Source: Eledone cirrhosa
Lineage: Eukaryota
Length of the DNA: 64,000 nucleotides
Assembly (NCBI GenBank): GCA_964016885.1
Contig: OZ024740.1
Location: forward strand, 337,032,001-337,096,000
Direction of reading: 5' to 3'
The position numbers and the translations under genes were made by a program. The notes below the pieces were generated by a model that saw nothing but the letters and a program-made list of their open reading frames with translations, did no database searches and was not told where the DNA came from. Shown in pieces: positions 23,758 through 36,600 of the stretch; the first letter of the stretch is position 1; every line of letters starts with the position of its first letter.

Positions 23758-24329
23758 GCCCAGAGCTCCCCCTCCTCATTCTTCTGTGATACTAGAGCCA
23801 TTGCCTTTCCCTTCCTTTTCCATTTTTAAAAAATATATTTTTGTTGTTTTACATTCCATTCCTTTTTTATAAATTCTTGAAAAGCACTATGACTACATCT
23901 CATTAACAATTATAGTCTTTAATTTATTGTAAATATTCACAACAATCTGTTTACTAGTAAAATACTATAAACATTTGAATTAACAAATTTGTTTTAAATA
24001 TTTTTTGCTGAATTATTTTACAATGTTAAGAGTTAAGCATGCCAGAATCTCTGGAGATAGGCAAAAAGGATTTTTTCAGAGCAAAACAATAGTTGTCTCT
24101 TTGTACTTATTAATGATAGTGCACAACCTGGCACAATGTTTTGAATTAATGAGTTTATTGATGCTGCTACCGCTATATTGGTATATCATCATCATCACCG
24201 TTTAACATCCATTTTCCACGCTAGCATAGGTGAGAGAAGCTGTCCTGTTGTGAGACAAATCAGATCAGATGACTGCGTTTTACTCATACAGAACTGTTTC
24301 TGGCTTGGTTTGTACGACTGGATGCCAAC

Positions 24330-24580
24330 CACATTTACAGTGTGAACTGGTCGCTTTTTATCGTGGCACCAAAACGACCACTTTACAATGTGGACTGGGT
24401 GTTTTTCTCAAATCACCAAAACGACCACTTTATAGTGTGGACTATGTGTTTTTGTCACGTCACCAAAACGACCACTTTATGGTGTGGACTAGGTTTTTTT
24501 GTCACGTCATCAAAACGACCACTTTATAGTGTGGACTAGGTTTTTTTGTCACGTCACCAAAACGACCACTTTACATGTGG
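24330..24580 (-). repeat. About 48-bp tandem array inside an RTE-tailed SINE (24185-24580, minus)
   Basis: CACCAAAACGACCACTTTA..GTGTGGACT repeated about 5 times. Confidence 0.8.
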
Positions 24581-24586
24581 AATTTG

Positions 24587-24800
24587 TGCTACATCACCAC
24601 AGAAGACTATATTACAATAGAACACTACTACATCACCACATAATACTACTGCATCGTTATAGAACACTACTACATCACAATAGAACACTACTGCATTGCT
24701 ATAGAACACTACTACATGGCTATAGAACACCATTACATCGCAAAAGAACAATACTATATTCTCACAGAACACTGCTACATCACCACAGAAGACTACTATA
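24587..24800. repeat. 21-bp minisatellite
   Basis: ATAGAACACTACTACATCACA-like unit, about 10 copies. Confidence 0.8.
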
Positions 24801-25892
24801 CCCTATTATGTAGTTGTGTTCTAGAGTAGTGTAATGTTATCCTATAGTGATGTAGTTTTCTTAAAATGATGTATTACAGACGTATCTGGGCGTTTGGAAA
24901 GTTGACTGGAGCCTCTTATAGAAACAGGGCGTATTGAAACAAGGGGACCTCTACACAGTCATTTGGCTTGCTAAAAATAGTAGTAAAATCTCCCACAGAT
25001 CACATTCTACAGTCTGAAATAAGAAGGTCATATTATATAATGTAGTTTTGATACACTATTCTTGCATAAAAGTCAGGTGGTCATGACTAGAACGTCTTTT
25101 ATAAGTTTGTTCAAGAAAGGGCTAAACGACATAAATAAGGCGAGAGGCTGGTGGAATCGTTAAAGCAGTATTTATTCCACCGTTTGCAGTTCTTAGTCCA
25201 AATCAAGCCATGGTTCACATGGATGGCGAATTTAACCCGTTATCTGGTTAAACAACATCACTTAGCCCTTTGGCCTTTTTATCAAACTCTGTAGCAAACA
25301 TTCGGGTCAGGTCTCCGGGTTGAGAATACTTTCTTCCCCAATAACAGACATGGAAGCCCTAAAATATAAAGGGTCAAAGGTGCTGCCCTTCCTCCTGACT
25401 AAGCGATAAAAAAGAGCCCGCACAAATTCAGATGATTTTTTAATGATTGCTTTCGTTTCATTGTGTAAAGTGTTTCTAGGACTGTAGAATTTATTATTTT
25501 GGGTTCTTTACAATTCGCTGTAATCTATAAGATATATATGTGTTTGTATGCGCGCGATCAGAGTGGGTTGGTATAATAAACAATGCGTATTGAATGCGAT
25601 AAGAATCAAGGGAGATCATTCTATAACACGCAGTAGAGTTATGGTTCTTGATATTAGTGTTTTACGGATACGAACTAACTGTAATATTTTTCAGCTATAT
25701 AGTTTGTACTTCCACTCTTCTGGAAAGTATTAGTTCAAATAGAATCTGCTATTATACATTATAACTTCGTCCTCTACCTATATACTGTACTACGTCGTTA
25801 AGATTTCCACTGGGACCAGTTTTCTACTATTTCAAATGCAGAATTTTCTAGACTCGTAAAGAATGACGTAATTCCACATTTATCAACCCGTT

Positions 25893-25959
<67 letters not shown>

Positions 25960-26361
25960 TATATATATTATATATATATAGATAACGCAACGTATTGTTG
26001 AAATCTTGTGTGATTTAGTGAAAGAGTTATAATTGGTGTTTTTACTCTGACAAACACACAGCGCTTCACATATACATGAATACCATACACGCATTCGTTA
26101 CCGGTTCACTACACATGGTGATGTTATCAAATAATTTAAAAAAAAGGCTTTTGCTTCATAAGAAATATTTACCATAATGGTTAATGTGTTTATTTAATAT
26201 ATAACATATTTCTAGTTTGTTGATATAAAGAAATATACACAACGTGTTCGTATACGTAAATACATATAGCTTTACAGACACACAAATATTTATGCATCAT
26301 GTTTGATGCTAGTGTGCTTTTATGCATGTAAACCTACAAACCCAAGACTTTCTATATTAAC

Positions 26362-26945
26362 ATGGCGCGAATTTTGATAAGTGTTCGGACTGAAGACTTC
26401 CTAGTTGACTGTTATTTATTCTGTCGTGGTCTCAACCCAACCCAACTGGATGCCTCTCAGTTGGAATACAACAAACAAACAAACTGTTTACATTTAGTTT
26501 CTAGTCAAAAATGTAACCTTCCTCTTTCTTTTACTATTTCTTCTTCGCCTCCAGCATCGGACAGTACAGAAATGTGTGTTTCTGGCTTTTCCCCACATCT
26601 ACACTCAACAACATCGATATGTCCACCCTTCGTCCTTCATGATAATAGTAGTGGTGATCGAGTAGTTGACCAAAGCTCGCAGACTACAACTGTCACGAAC
26701 CCCACTTTGATGTTGTATCCCAGTAGTCAAACTTGTCTCTTTCTTGATAGCCACTTGGTTTCTCTTCTCTTTGATCACGTTCGTCTTTTCCCTAAATTCA
26801 GGAAACGGTTTATCAAATTCGTCCAGTCCAATGTTGGCTTCAGCCACCGTCCTGCAAATATTAACTTTGACCAACCACACACCACTGTGCCCTATTTTAT
26901 TGATATTGTTCTCCAGTATCCTAGACAACACATTGACTATAGTTG
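26362..26945 (+). CDS. DUF4807 gene coding exon 1
   Basis: 195-codon ORF MARILISV...HIDYS(W) ending at TG|GTAAG; the phase matches the next exon. Confidence 0.82.
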
Positions 26946-29900
26946 GTAAGTATCTCTGAATGTTAACAGCATCTATTTCTATTCTTAGGGTTGGCTCTTA
27001 AGTCCCAGCTTGAAGTAGTTTCGAATTGTGAAATTAATTCCGATCCGACGATATAAATATATCTTTTTAGGATTTCGTCATCGTTTCCCTTCAATTATCC
27101 TTTTATTATCCTTAATGTCTGTATAACCACCCCAAATATATTTACTTTTGTGTTAACCACCGTTATGTCTCTACCTTTGTCTGATAATTGTTTACATATT
27201 TCTCTTTTCCTCTTCTACCTACCTCTGTCTACTTATCTGTCAATTACTTCCCCTCTCATCTCTGTTTACATGTCTATCAAAACCCCTGTCTCTAATTATC
27301 TGTAATCTCTCTTTCTCTCTTCTCTATATTTGTTTTATTGTACTCTTATTTCGTCCGCCTATTTCAATTTTGTGCATTTGAATAGTGACATGTTTTAACA
27401 AATCCCTCCCTAGAGTAGTATGGATATAGATGGAAAATCAGGATGCCAAGACACTTCAAATACCCTTGATCTAATATAATCTCCTACATACTTATCTGAC
27501 TAACACACAGAGACTCCAAACACACACATGATCTCTTTCTCACCTCTAAACAAGCTTTACCTACCATCGTCCCTGCACCAATTGGATCATCGAGCCATTG
27601 CCTAATGATGGCTATCTATTACACATCTACATGCGCAACACTCCTGAACCCTGTGACTCTCCGTGGTATCGAACTAGACATAGGTACAACAGTTTTTCAC
27701 TAATCCCTGTCATCAAATGTATCTCTTCTCTCATGACCTATAAAAGCCAGTGAAGCAGGCCACTAAAACTAACTTTTATACATTCCTCACACAATCCAAG
27801 TCTACAATATGTGATGTGGTTCACAAGCAGCAGTATTGGGAAAGAACACATGTCTAAAACATCTGGTAAAACTCATCCATGTCCATTAATTACATGGCTT
27901 TCATCCTCTACTGCAACTCCTGCAAGGTTATCCCCTGAAAAGCAAAAGACACTTTCATGCAATGTACTCGCTTTCAGACCACACGATTTCATCTTGGCTT
28001 GTGTTAACCTCTGACTTACATTCTATAAATTTTTGTGTATTACAAGGTTCAGTGTCCTCCAAAATCTTCTTCCTGTACATTAATGGTCTATTCTATATCA
28101 CCTTTAATTTTCTTCACTGCAGATTATACTGTAGTGAGAATTGTCTTCCCTTACACATCTTGTAAATAAAATGTGCTTGCTGTTTCCATCTTCAGAACAG
28201 TTATAGTGTGTTGCCGGGATAACTTTTGTGGATTATGATAGACAGTTATAATATAGTGCCAGAAAGTTCAACTGAATTAGAATATAAACTTTAGTGATGC
28301 ATACCATATGTGCTCATGGTGCTTCATTACTGCTAGTAACATAGTTGATAGTAAGTCACTAACTGAATTAATTAGCTGTTGGTTCATTGTATATAACAAA
28401 CTGTCAGATACAAGAAACCTAACTAATGAACCACTGATACATTGTATTCCATTAAAACTTGTATCAGATAATGGATCACAATTTAGCAGCCAATTGTTCA
28501 AAGAGTTTTCCTACACTTAGTAGTTTGAGCATGGAATTTTCAACCCCACATATCTACAGTCTAACAGCATGTAAGATAGACGTGTTGGAATTTTGAAATC
28601 AGTGCTACTGAAAGCAGATGATCTATATTTTGCTTTTTAAATTACAGGAATATATCTGTATCTATCTATCTATCCATTCATCCATCATTTGTTCGTTGAG
28701 TTATTTGACTGAAGAACCAGAATCTGACTGACCACTACTAATTTCCAGTTGTAACCTAGTATACTCGAGTGCTGACAATCTTATCTAATGGCAGAAAAAA
28801 CAAAGGCTAAAATGATAGATAAACTAAAGATTTGTCTCCAGATAGGGAATAGTGTGAATAACTACTAATAATCATAGTTGGACACCAGTAACAGTGATAG
28901 GAAAAGTCTGTGAAAGGAGTTAAGTCATGAATAATGGGCATAATGGAATAATTATTAACAAAACAGAAAGAACCTCTGTAAGTTAGTGGATATATAAGTA
29001 CCTCTATCCAATAATCTAGACTAATACATTTGTGTTGATAAGGGTAAGGAAGTTCCTGATCTGGGTAACAATGTAGCACAAACAAATGATCCAATAAACA
29101 CATACTACTAATGAGGCATGCTATGGAAGAATTAGCTGAAAGCCACCTTACCTGTCAAATAACTATCAATGATAGATATCTAAGTATCTAACCACCCCAA
29201 AAAACAACAACAACAACAACACAGGTAAAACATACTATGAAATATTTCTTCCACATTTAAGAGTTCTGCTCCTTGGATAAGTAATGTTAGTGTGTGTGAA
29301 CAGCAAAGAACAAATGAGCTAAGTGAGATACTGGGTATAGGAAGAATTGGATGTAGTTTACAGGAGAAAAGTTTGCATTGGTATGTACATGTAATATATA
29401 TGGATGATTATCTTTGGGTGAAGAAGTGACAAGTGGAAGGAAGTCAAGAAAGTGGAAGTCCAAGAAAGAGGTGGTGAAAGTTGATCTCAAGATATTGAGT
29501 CTCACAAAGGAGATGACTAAGGAAAGAAGCAAGTGGAAGGATATTGTACTGAAGAGAACTCACCTAACCCATTCAAGCATAGACAAACAAACATAAAAAT
29601 ATTGTTGATGATAATGAAAAGAAAATAATCTGGATGATTATTAATCAGTCACTTAAAAACACAATATATACCCATGGACACTCTGTCTCTCCTCTTTGCC
29701 TATTCTACAACAACTACTACAGTCTCTGCTCCTTTGAACTAACTAGCTAATTACATCTACCACAACACTTAGTCTGGTACAGATTTTATTGATCTGCATT
29801 TATTGAAAAGACAGTGGAAGGACAAAATCTTTAGAAAAGTGGTCTCCAACCTTTTTTATACTATGGACCGGCTTCATGCCGGACAATCTTTCCTCAGACT

Positions 29901-30609
29901 GGTAGTTGCAGATATGTCTCATTTAAGTGCATTTCGATAAAGAGAGCAATAATAAAAAGAGCAATTTATTAAAGGGAAGAAAAGTGTATAATCTTTTGAC
30001 TCTCATGTAAATCTTTTAAAATTGAAGTCCAATATTCAATTTATCTATTATATAATTTTAAACAAGTTAATTATTTCCAATACTGGTCCGTGGCCTGGTA
30101 GTTGGGGATCTCTGCTTTAGAACATTAGTCAAAATGCTTTGTGGCATTTAGTTATGACTCTTTACATACAGAGTTCAAATCCTGCCAAGGTCAACTTTAC
30201 CTTTCAGTTCGATAACTTTCAGAGACGATAAAATAAGGAATCTGTCAAGCTTTGGAGTTGATATAGTCGACTAACTTCCTCCCCAAATTTCTGGCCTAGT
30301 GCTTAAATTAAAAATCATTTATGGAATTGCTCACCATATTGAGTTACATCCCTTTAATGAGTTATGTTTCTTTAAAGTCCTGTATGCCACTAGATACACA
30401 AATACAGATATATTTCACAATCCTCATCACTATTTTTATGATGATGATGATTGTAACCTATACTATATTTTAAAGTATTTTTACTTATTCCATTGATCTT
30501 CACCCATCAAACCACTGAGCTGCAGGATATTATTTATATGGGGCATAAACAAATAGCACTGCTTACATAAATGGTGTTAGTGTGAGCATATATGCAGAGA
30601 TATACATGC

Positions 30610-30681
<72 letters not shown>

Positions 30682-33600
30682 GCTTCTTCACTGTCTCTGT
30701 CTACCAAATTTCACTCACAACCATTGGTCAACCCAAGTAGGAAGTAGTTTCAGAAAGTGCTACATAGGATCAAACCTGAAACTAGTGGTTGCAAAGCATA
30801 TTTTTTAACCACACACACACACACAAATGTATGTGTGTGTGTATATATCATCATCATCATCACCGTTTTACGTCCGTTCTTCCACGCTTGCATGGGTTAG
30901 ATGGGTTGTCCTGTTGTGATCAGTGTCCAGTTGGCTGATCTTGTCTTGCTCATACGGGAACTGATTCTGGCTTGATTTCTACAGCTGGATGCCCTTCCTA
31001 AAACCAACCTCATTTACAGTGAGTGCTGGGTGCTTTTTTCCTGTGGCGCCTACACGTCCATTTTACAGTGTGGGCTGGGTGCCTTTTTTGCCGTGGCACC
31101 TCCACGACCACTTTGCAGTGGGAGGGGGTGGGGCATATTGTCTATATGCTTCAGCTTCGGCTTGTATCCATGGGAAGTCGGGTCTTCTGTATTACTGCGT
31201 GACGCCAGAGGTCACGGTCATGTGTCATCGCCGTTGAGAGGTGCAATTGGGTAAGGTCGGCTTTTATCACCTCATCTCAGGTCTTCTTGGGTCTCCCCCA
31301 CTCCATGGCTTCCATCGACTTCTAGTGCTCTATACCTTTTTATGCATATAATATATGTATATATATATCATTTACGTTAGGTTGTTTACCAATGGGTAGA
31401 ACTGGTGGTTCTGGTTAGTAAACGATAATGCAACAAATTAATTAAAGCACATGTTATGCAAGTCATCCATCATAGATGTGGTATCCAGTGGTTGGTACAG
31501 AAACTGTAAAGTATTCAATAAAACAACAGAAGGTCGGACTGGAAAATTTACTTTAGAATTTTAATTCCGTGAAATCACTATATTTTGATGGCCAAGTTTC
31601 ATCATCTGATTATAATGCAAGACAAGGCGATCTCATCAGGTGTTATTTGCAGAATTATGCAACAGGATTACATTGAACCCAAACATTGAACCCCAAAAAT
31701 AGAAAATAGAAAATTTGATTCGGAGACAGTCTGCAAATATGGTGTTATATCAATAGCAGATATATATTGTCATAGCCCTCTTGATGGCTTCTTTGTCCAG
31801 AAAACGGGTCCCCTTGATGACCCTCTTGAGCTTGGGGAAAAGGAAAGAGTCCGGTTTGGTTTCAAGATAGTTGAGGATGTCCTGACACACCTATATGCAT
31901 TGCTCTTTCTGGTCATCATTCAGCAGGTTTGACACTATTTTCACACAGATCTTCCACATGCCAAAATCTTCAGTGATAATTTTCCAAACACTGTTGCGGT
32001 CATGCCCGGTTCACTTATGATCAGTTGAACAGTTAAACTGTATATGATGATGATGACTTTTATGTTTACTTTTTACTCTTTAGGTATTGCAGGATGCAGC
32101 AATTGGTTGAAATGAAGCTGAGGATGGATGAAGCAATGGCTCTATTGTCTACCCTTGGAGGTGGATATTCAGCTTTAGGAGAGCATTATGAAAAACATGT
32201 ATGTATTTGGTTTTTAATATTTTCTTTAACAGTGTATATCTAAAAATATATGTTAATGATAGATGAAGGTATGACTGTGAAGTTAAGAAGTTTGTTTTGC
32301 AACCACATGGTCGCAGGTTCTATCCCACTGGGTATTAGTGTTTTTGTATCTCCCAATGTGAGTGGTGGCATTTGTTTATGTCCCACCTAAAGTGATGTTT
32401 CACAACTTATGGTTCAACAGAGGTCATCTGTATATACCAGACATTAAAAAAAAGTAAAGTATGGTGGTTCCTAAAGCTGAACTGTCTAACTGATGCCAGC
32501 AAAGTGATGATGATGATGATTTTTCTTATTACAGTAATAATTTCAATTGATGAAAATTATTTTTGGCTCACCTAGCCTGCACTTAACTATATGTTCTTGA
32601 TGCAGAAAGCACTCTTGAGAAAATTTCCCATGTCATTTTAATTTGCCACTTGTGTGTGTGAATGCGTGTGTGTTTTATTTGTTTCACAATATTTTAATTT
32701 CTCTGTTGTAAATAATGATTTAATATGCTGCGTGTATCCACTTTAAACCAAGTACACTGTATCTCTGGGTCTCATGAGAGATAACTAAAAGGGTTAGCAA
32801 CAGGTAAGACATCTGGCTGTAAAAAATTGTTTAAAAAATGACACTGATGAATATGAAGTCTTTCATGGAGCCCTCAAGATTAACTCTTGCTCTAGCAGCA
32901 AAAAATACCCATAAAATGTTTGCTGTTAGTTACTTATTTAACGTAAGACGTCTGATAGAATGCTTTACAGTATTCGTCCCACCTCATTGCACGCTCTGAG
33001 TTCAAATCCCACCGTGGTCAACTTTGCCTTTCATCCTTTTGAGGTCGATAAAAAATGTACCAGTCCAGTACTGGGATCGATTCTTCCTCTATAGAAAAAA
33101 ATGGTTGTGTTCAGACCTGGAATGGTTGGGCTCTGCCAGGTTTAAAAGTGCCTTAGACATGCCATATGACGGTGCCTCTGTGACTCCCGAAGGAGTTATG
33201 GGATCTTTATCCTTAATTATTTAACACTCTTATTTCTAATTATGTGTAACATTCTGATTTTCTTTTTCTCAACAGTCTTTGGAAGCATGCAGCATTGCCA
33301 TAAAACAACTGCAGATTGCAATGAAATCTACTGATCCATTAAGTATTGCTCGCTGTTATCTGTACATTGCACTCAGTCTCATGCAACGAGGATATCTCCA
33401 TTGTTCACGATCCATCATACGGTAATATCAGACTTTTATCAGATTATTTTTTTTGTGAGAAAGGGAATGTAATAAAGTGAGTTCTATCAAATGTTATAGG
33501 ATGTTCAATAAGCAACTGGGTAATTTTAGCTTTTGAAGGGTATGATTAGGTCATCTTAATCTTAACAGAATAAGTTAAAGGGTGATGTGTGACTGGGTCA

Positions 33601-36600
33601 CCTTAATCTTAGCAGAATAAGTTAAGGGGTGATCTGTGTGTGACTGAGTCACCTTAACCTTAGCAGAATAAGTTAAGGGATGATGTGATGTATGGTTAGG
33701 TCACCTTAACCATAACAGAATAAGTTAAGAGGTAGTGTGATGTATGACTAGGTCATCTTAACCTTAGCAGAATAAGTTAAGGGGTGGTATGTTCTGTGAC
33801 CAAGTCACCTTAATCTTAACAGAATAGGTTAAGGGGCCGTGTGCTGTATGACTGGGTCATCTTAACCTTAGCAGAATAAGTTAAGGGGTGGTGTGATATA
33901 TGACTGGGTCACATTTACTGTAGCAGAATAAGTTAAGGGCTGGTGTGATGTATGACTGGGTCACCTTAAACTTAGCAGAATAAATTAAGGGGTAGTGTGT
34001 GATGTATGACTGGGTCACGTTAACCTTAGCAGACTAATTTAAGGGGTGGTGTGTTGTATGACTGGGTCACCTTAACCATAGCAGAATAAGTTACTGGGTG
34101 GTGAGATATATGACTGGGTCACCTTAATCTTAACAGAATAAGTTAAAAAGTGATGTGGTGTATGATTTGTCTTGTTCTTTCATCTTGGTGCCACCACACT
34201 ATTCAGAGGTGACTATCACTACAAACCCACCTTTTCCTCTCTGTCTGTCACCTACTCTGTGTTTGTTTAAATGTCAAATATTGAATTATATGCATATTTT
34301 ATCATTGCCATGTAATTTCACATATGCAATGTTTGGTTTTTGGCTTGTAAAATGCTCCAGGAAAGTTTTTAACTATTCTTGTTAGACACTGTTACCCTGA
34401 ATGGAGCAACAGTACTGTTGGTGGGAGTTGAAACTGTGTACATCCATTTCGACAGCTGCTGACCATGGTGTTTTTATATCTATTGCCAATGGGATGACAA
34501 ATAACAAATCCCCAGGTAATAATAACCCTAGGAAGGCCCCTACCAACTCCACTAGAACCCCTAGAAGGAATAGACCTAGAAATATCACCTGGCTTAACCC
34601 TCCATTCTCATCTAATCTAGCCACTAATATCTCTAAACGCTTCTTCTCTATCCTATTTAAACATTCCCCCCCCCCCCCCCCAACCATAGATATGACAAAC
34701 TCTTTAATAAAAATAACATTAAAATCTCATTCTCCACAACACCTAACCTAGCTAGCCACATCGCATTCAGTAACCATCATAAACTAAGACAGTATAACTC
34801 CCACACTGCGGTACCACCACCCCTATCAAATACACCACGCCACTACACCAATAATTACTCTAGTAGCACACCTCCCCCATTTAATCCTTCTAGCACTGAC
34901 CAACTGCTTAGGTTAAACTACCCTACTCTCACTAACCGCAGAAGCAACTGCCGTTACCCTAATGCATGCCCATTAAATGGACACTGCCTGACACCCAACA
35001 TAGTCTATAGGTGCACGGTTAAAAGTGCTTTGAATACCAGCTCTTATATCAGGTCTACCTCTAACCCTTTTAAGGTACGCTATAACGCGCACTCTTTTTC
35101 CTTCCGAGATCCTAGCAACAGATGTTCGACATCTCTAGCTAGGCTCATTAAAAACCTTAAATGAAGCAACATTGAACACTCACTAAAATAGGATATCGTA
35201 GCTAGGGCTCAACCGTTCAATGGACGAAGAAAATCTTGTGATCTCTGTATTACCGAAGCATATTACATAACTCTATCACGACCTCTACCGATTAACGATA
35301 GAACGGAGGTAACTATTAGCTGTCAACATCGAAGGGCTAATTCCTTCGCCAATAGAATATTTGACCCAACATAGTCATCTAGCCCCATTTTTACTTGTAG
35401 CTAATATATATAACTAACTGAGATAATTATAAGCTACATTGTCTCTCAATTAAAAAATTTAAAAATTAGCACTTAACTATAAACGACCCACAATTTCTAA
35501 TCTTTAGAGGAGTTACTTCCCCTGAAACCACCCTCTAATTAGTAAGGTAAATATGTCCTTTGGCGGCCATCTTGTTACCCATAAGCAGATCTCACACAAT
35601 GCAGCCTCGACAGATGAATACTGCTTGATTATGGTTGACAATTGATACAACCAGGACACCATAGTGAAATACCAATATATGGAACATTACATTATGTAAC
35701 ATTCTCTCCTTATTTTAATTTATATTCCTTTGAAGTTCCGATGAGCTGCTCTGTTTTTAAATATGTTAATTATTTTCAACTGAACCAGATCAATAATGAT
35801 ATATAGTCATCTGATCCAGAAATATTATATGGAGTAGCGAAATAATTGTAAACGGACATTATTATTATTAATATTATTATTATTCTCTACATTCCTTACA
35901 TCAAACTAAAATATGTTGACAATCTTTTAATAATGTCTTCCTTGTGAAATTTGTGGTCTTGTTTAACTAATGAATATTTCCAGCTCTGCGCACCTAACTT
36001 CTGCATGAACCCAACCACCTAGCTGCTTTCTACTGCATATTGCACATTGAGCACATGCCTTTACGCTTTGGCTTCTAACTAATTCACCAATCTCTCCTCT
36101 CCTATCTCCATCTCTCTCTTTAAGATTGGTTACTCTTGAACTGTGTATATATATTATAGAGGCATTAAATTAATTGACCAGGTCATGAAGGTCACAGAAA
36201 AAGTAATAGCGCAACTAATCAGAGAGCGAATTGATCTAGACGAAATGCAGTTCGGGTTTGTGTCAGGTAAAAGTACGACAGACGCTCTTTTCATTGTACG
36301 ACAACTACAGGAGAAGTACCAGCTAAAAGTAAACCCCTATACTTAGCTTTTGTTGACTTGGAGAAAGCCTTTGACAGAGTACCCCGCTCGATTATCTGGT
36401 GGGCCCTTAGAAAACTAGGTGTTGATGAATGGCTTGTGAGAGCTATACAAGCCATGTATAAAGAAACAGTCAGCAAGGTTAGAATTAACAACGAATATAG
36501 TGAAGGTGAAGAGTTTAGCGTAAAAGTTGGTGTTCATCAGGGCTCCGTCCTTAGCCCCCTACTATTTATTATTCCCCTTCAGGCTATAACAGAGGAGTTC

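Noticed and set aside
26605-26931. 108-aa antisense ORF
   Set aside because: Shadow ORF of the DUF4807 first exon with no recognisable motif.
33545-34160. CRISPR-like array of palindromic repeats
   Set aside because: Intervening segments are homologous rather than unique spacers, there are no cas genes, and the context is a eukaryotic intron.
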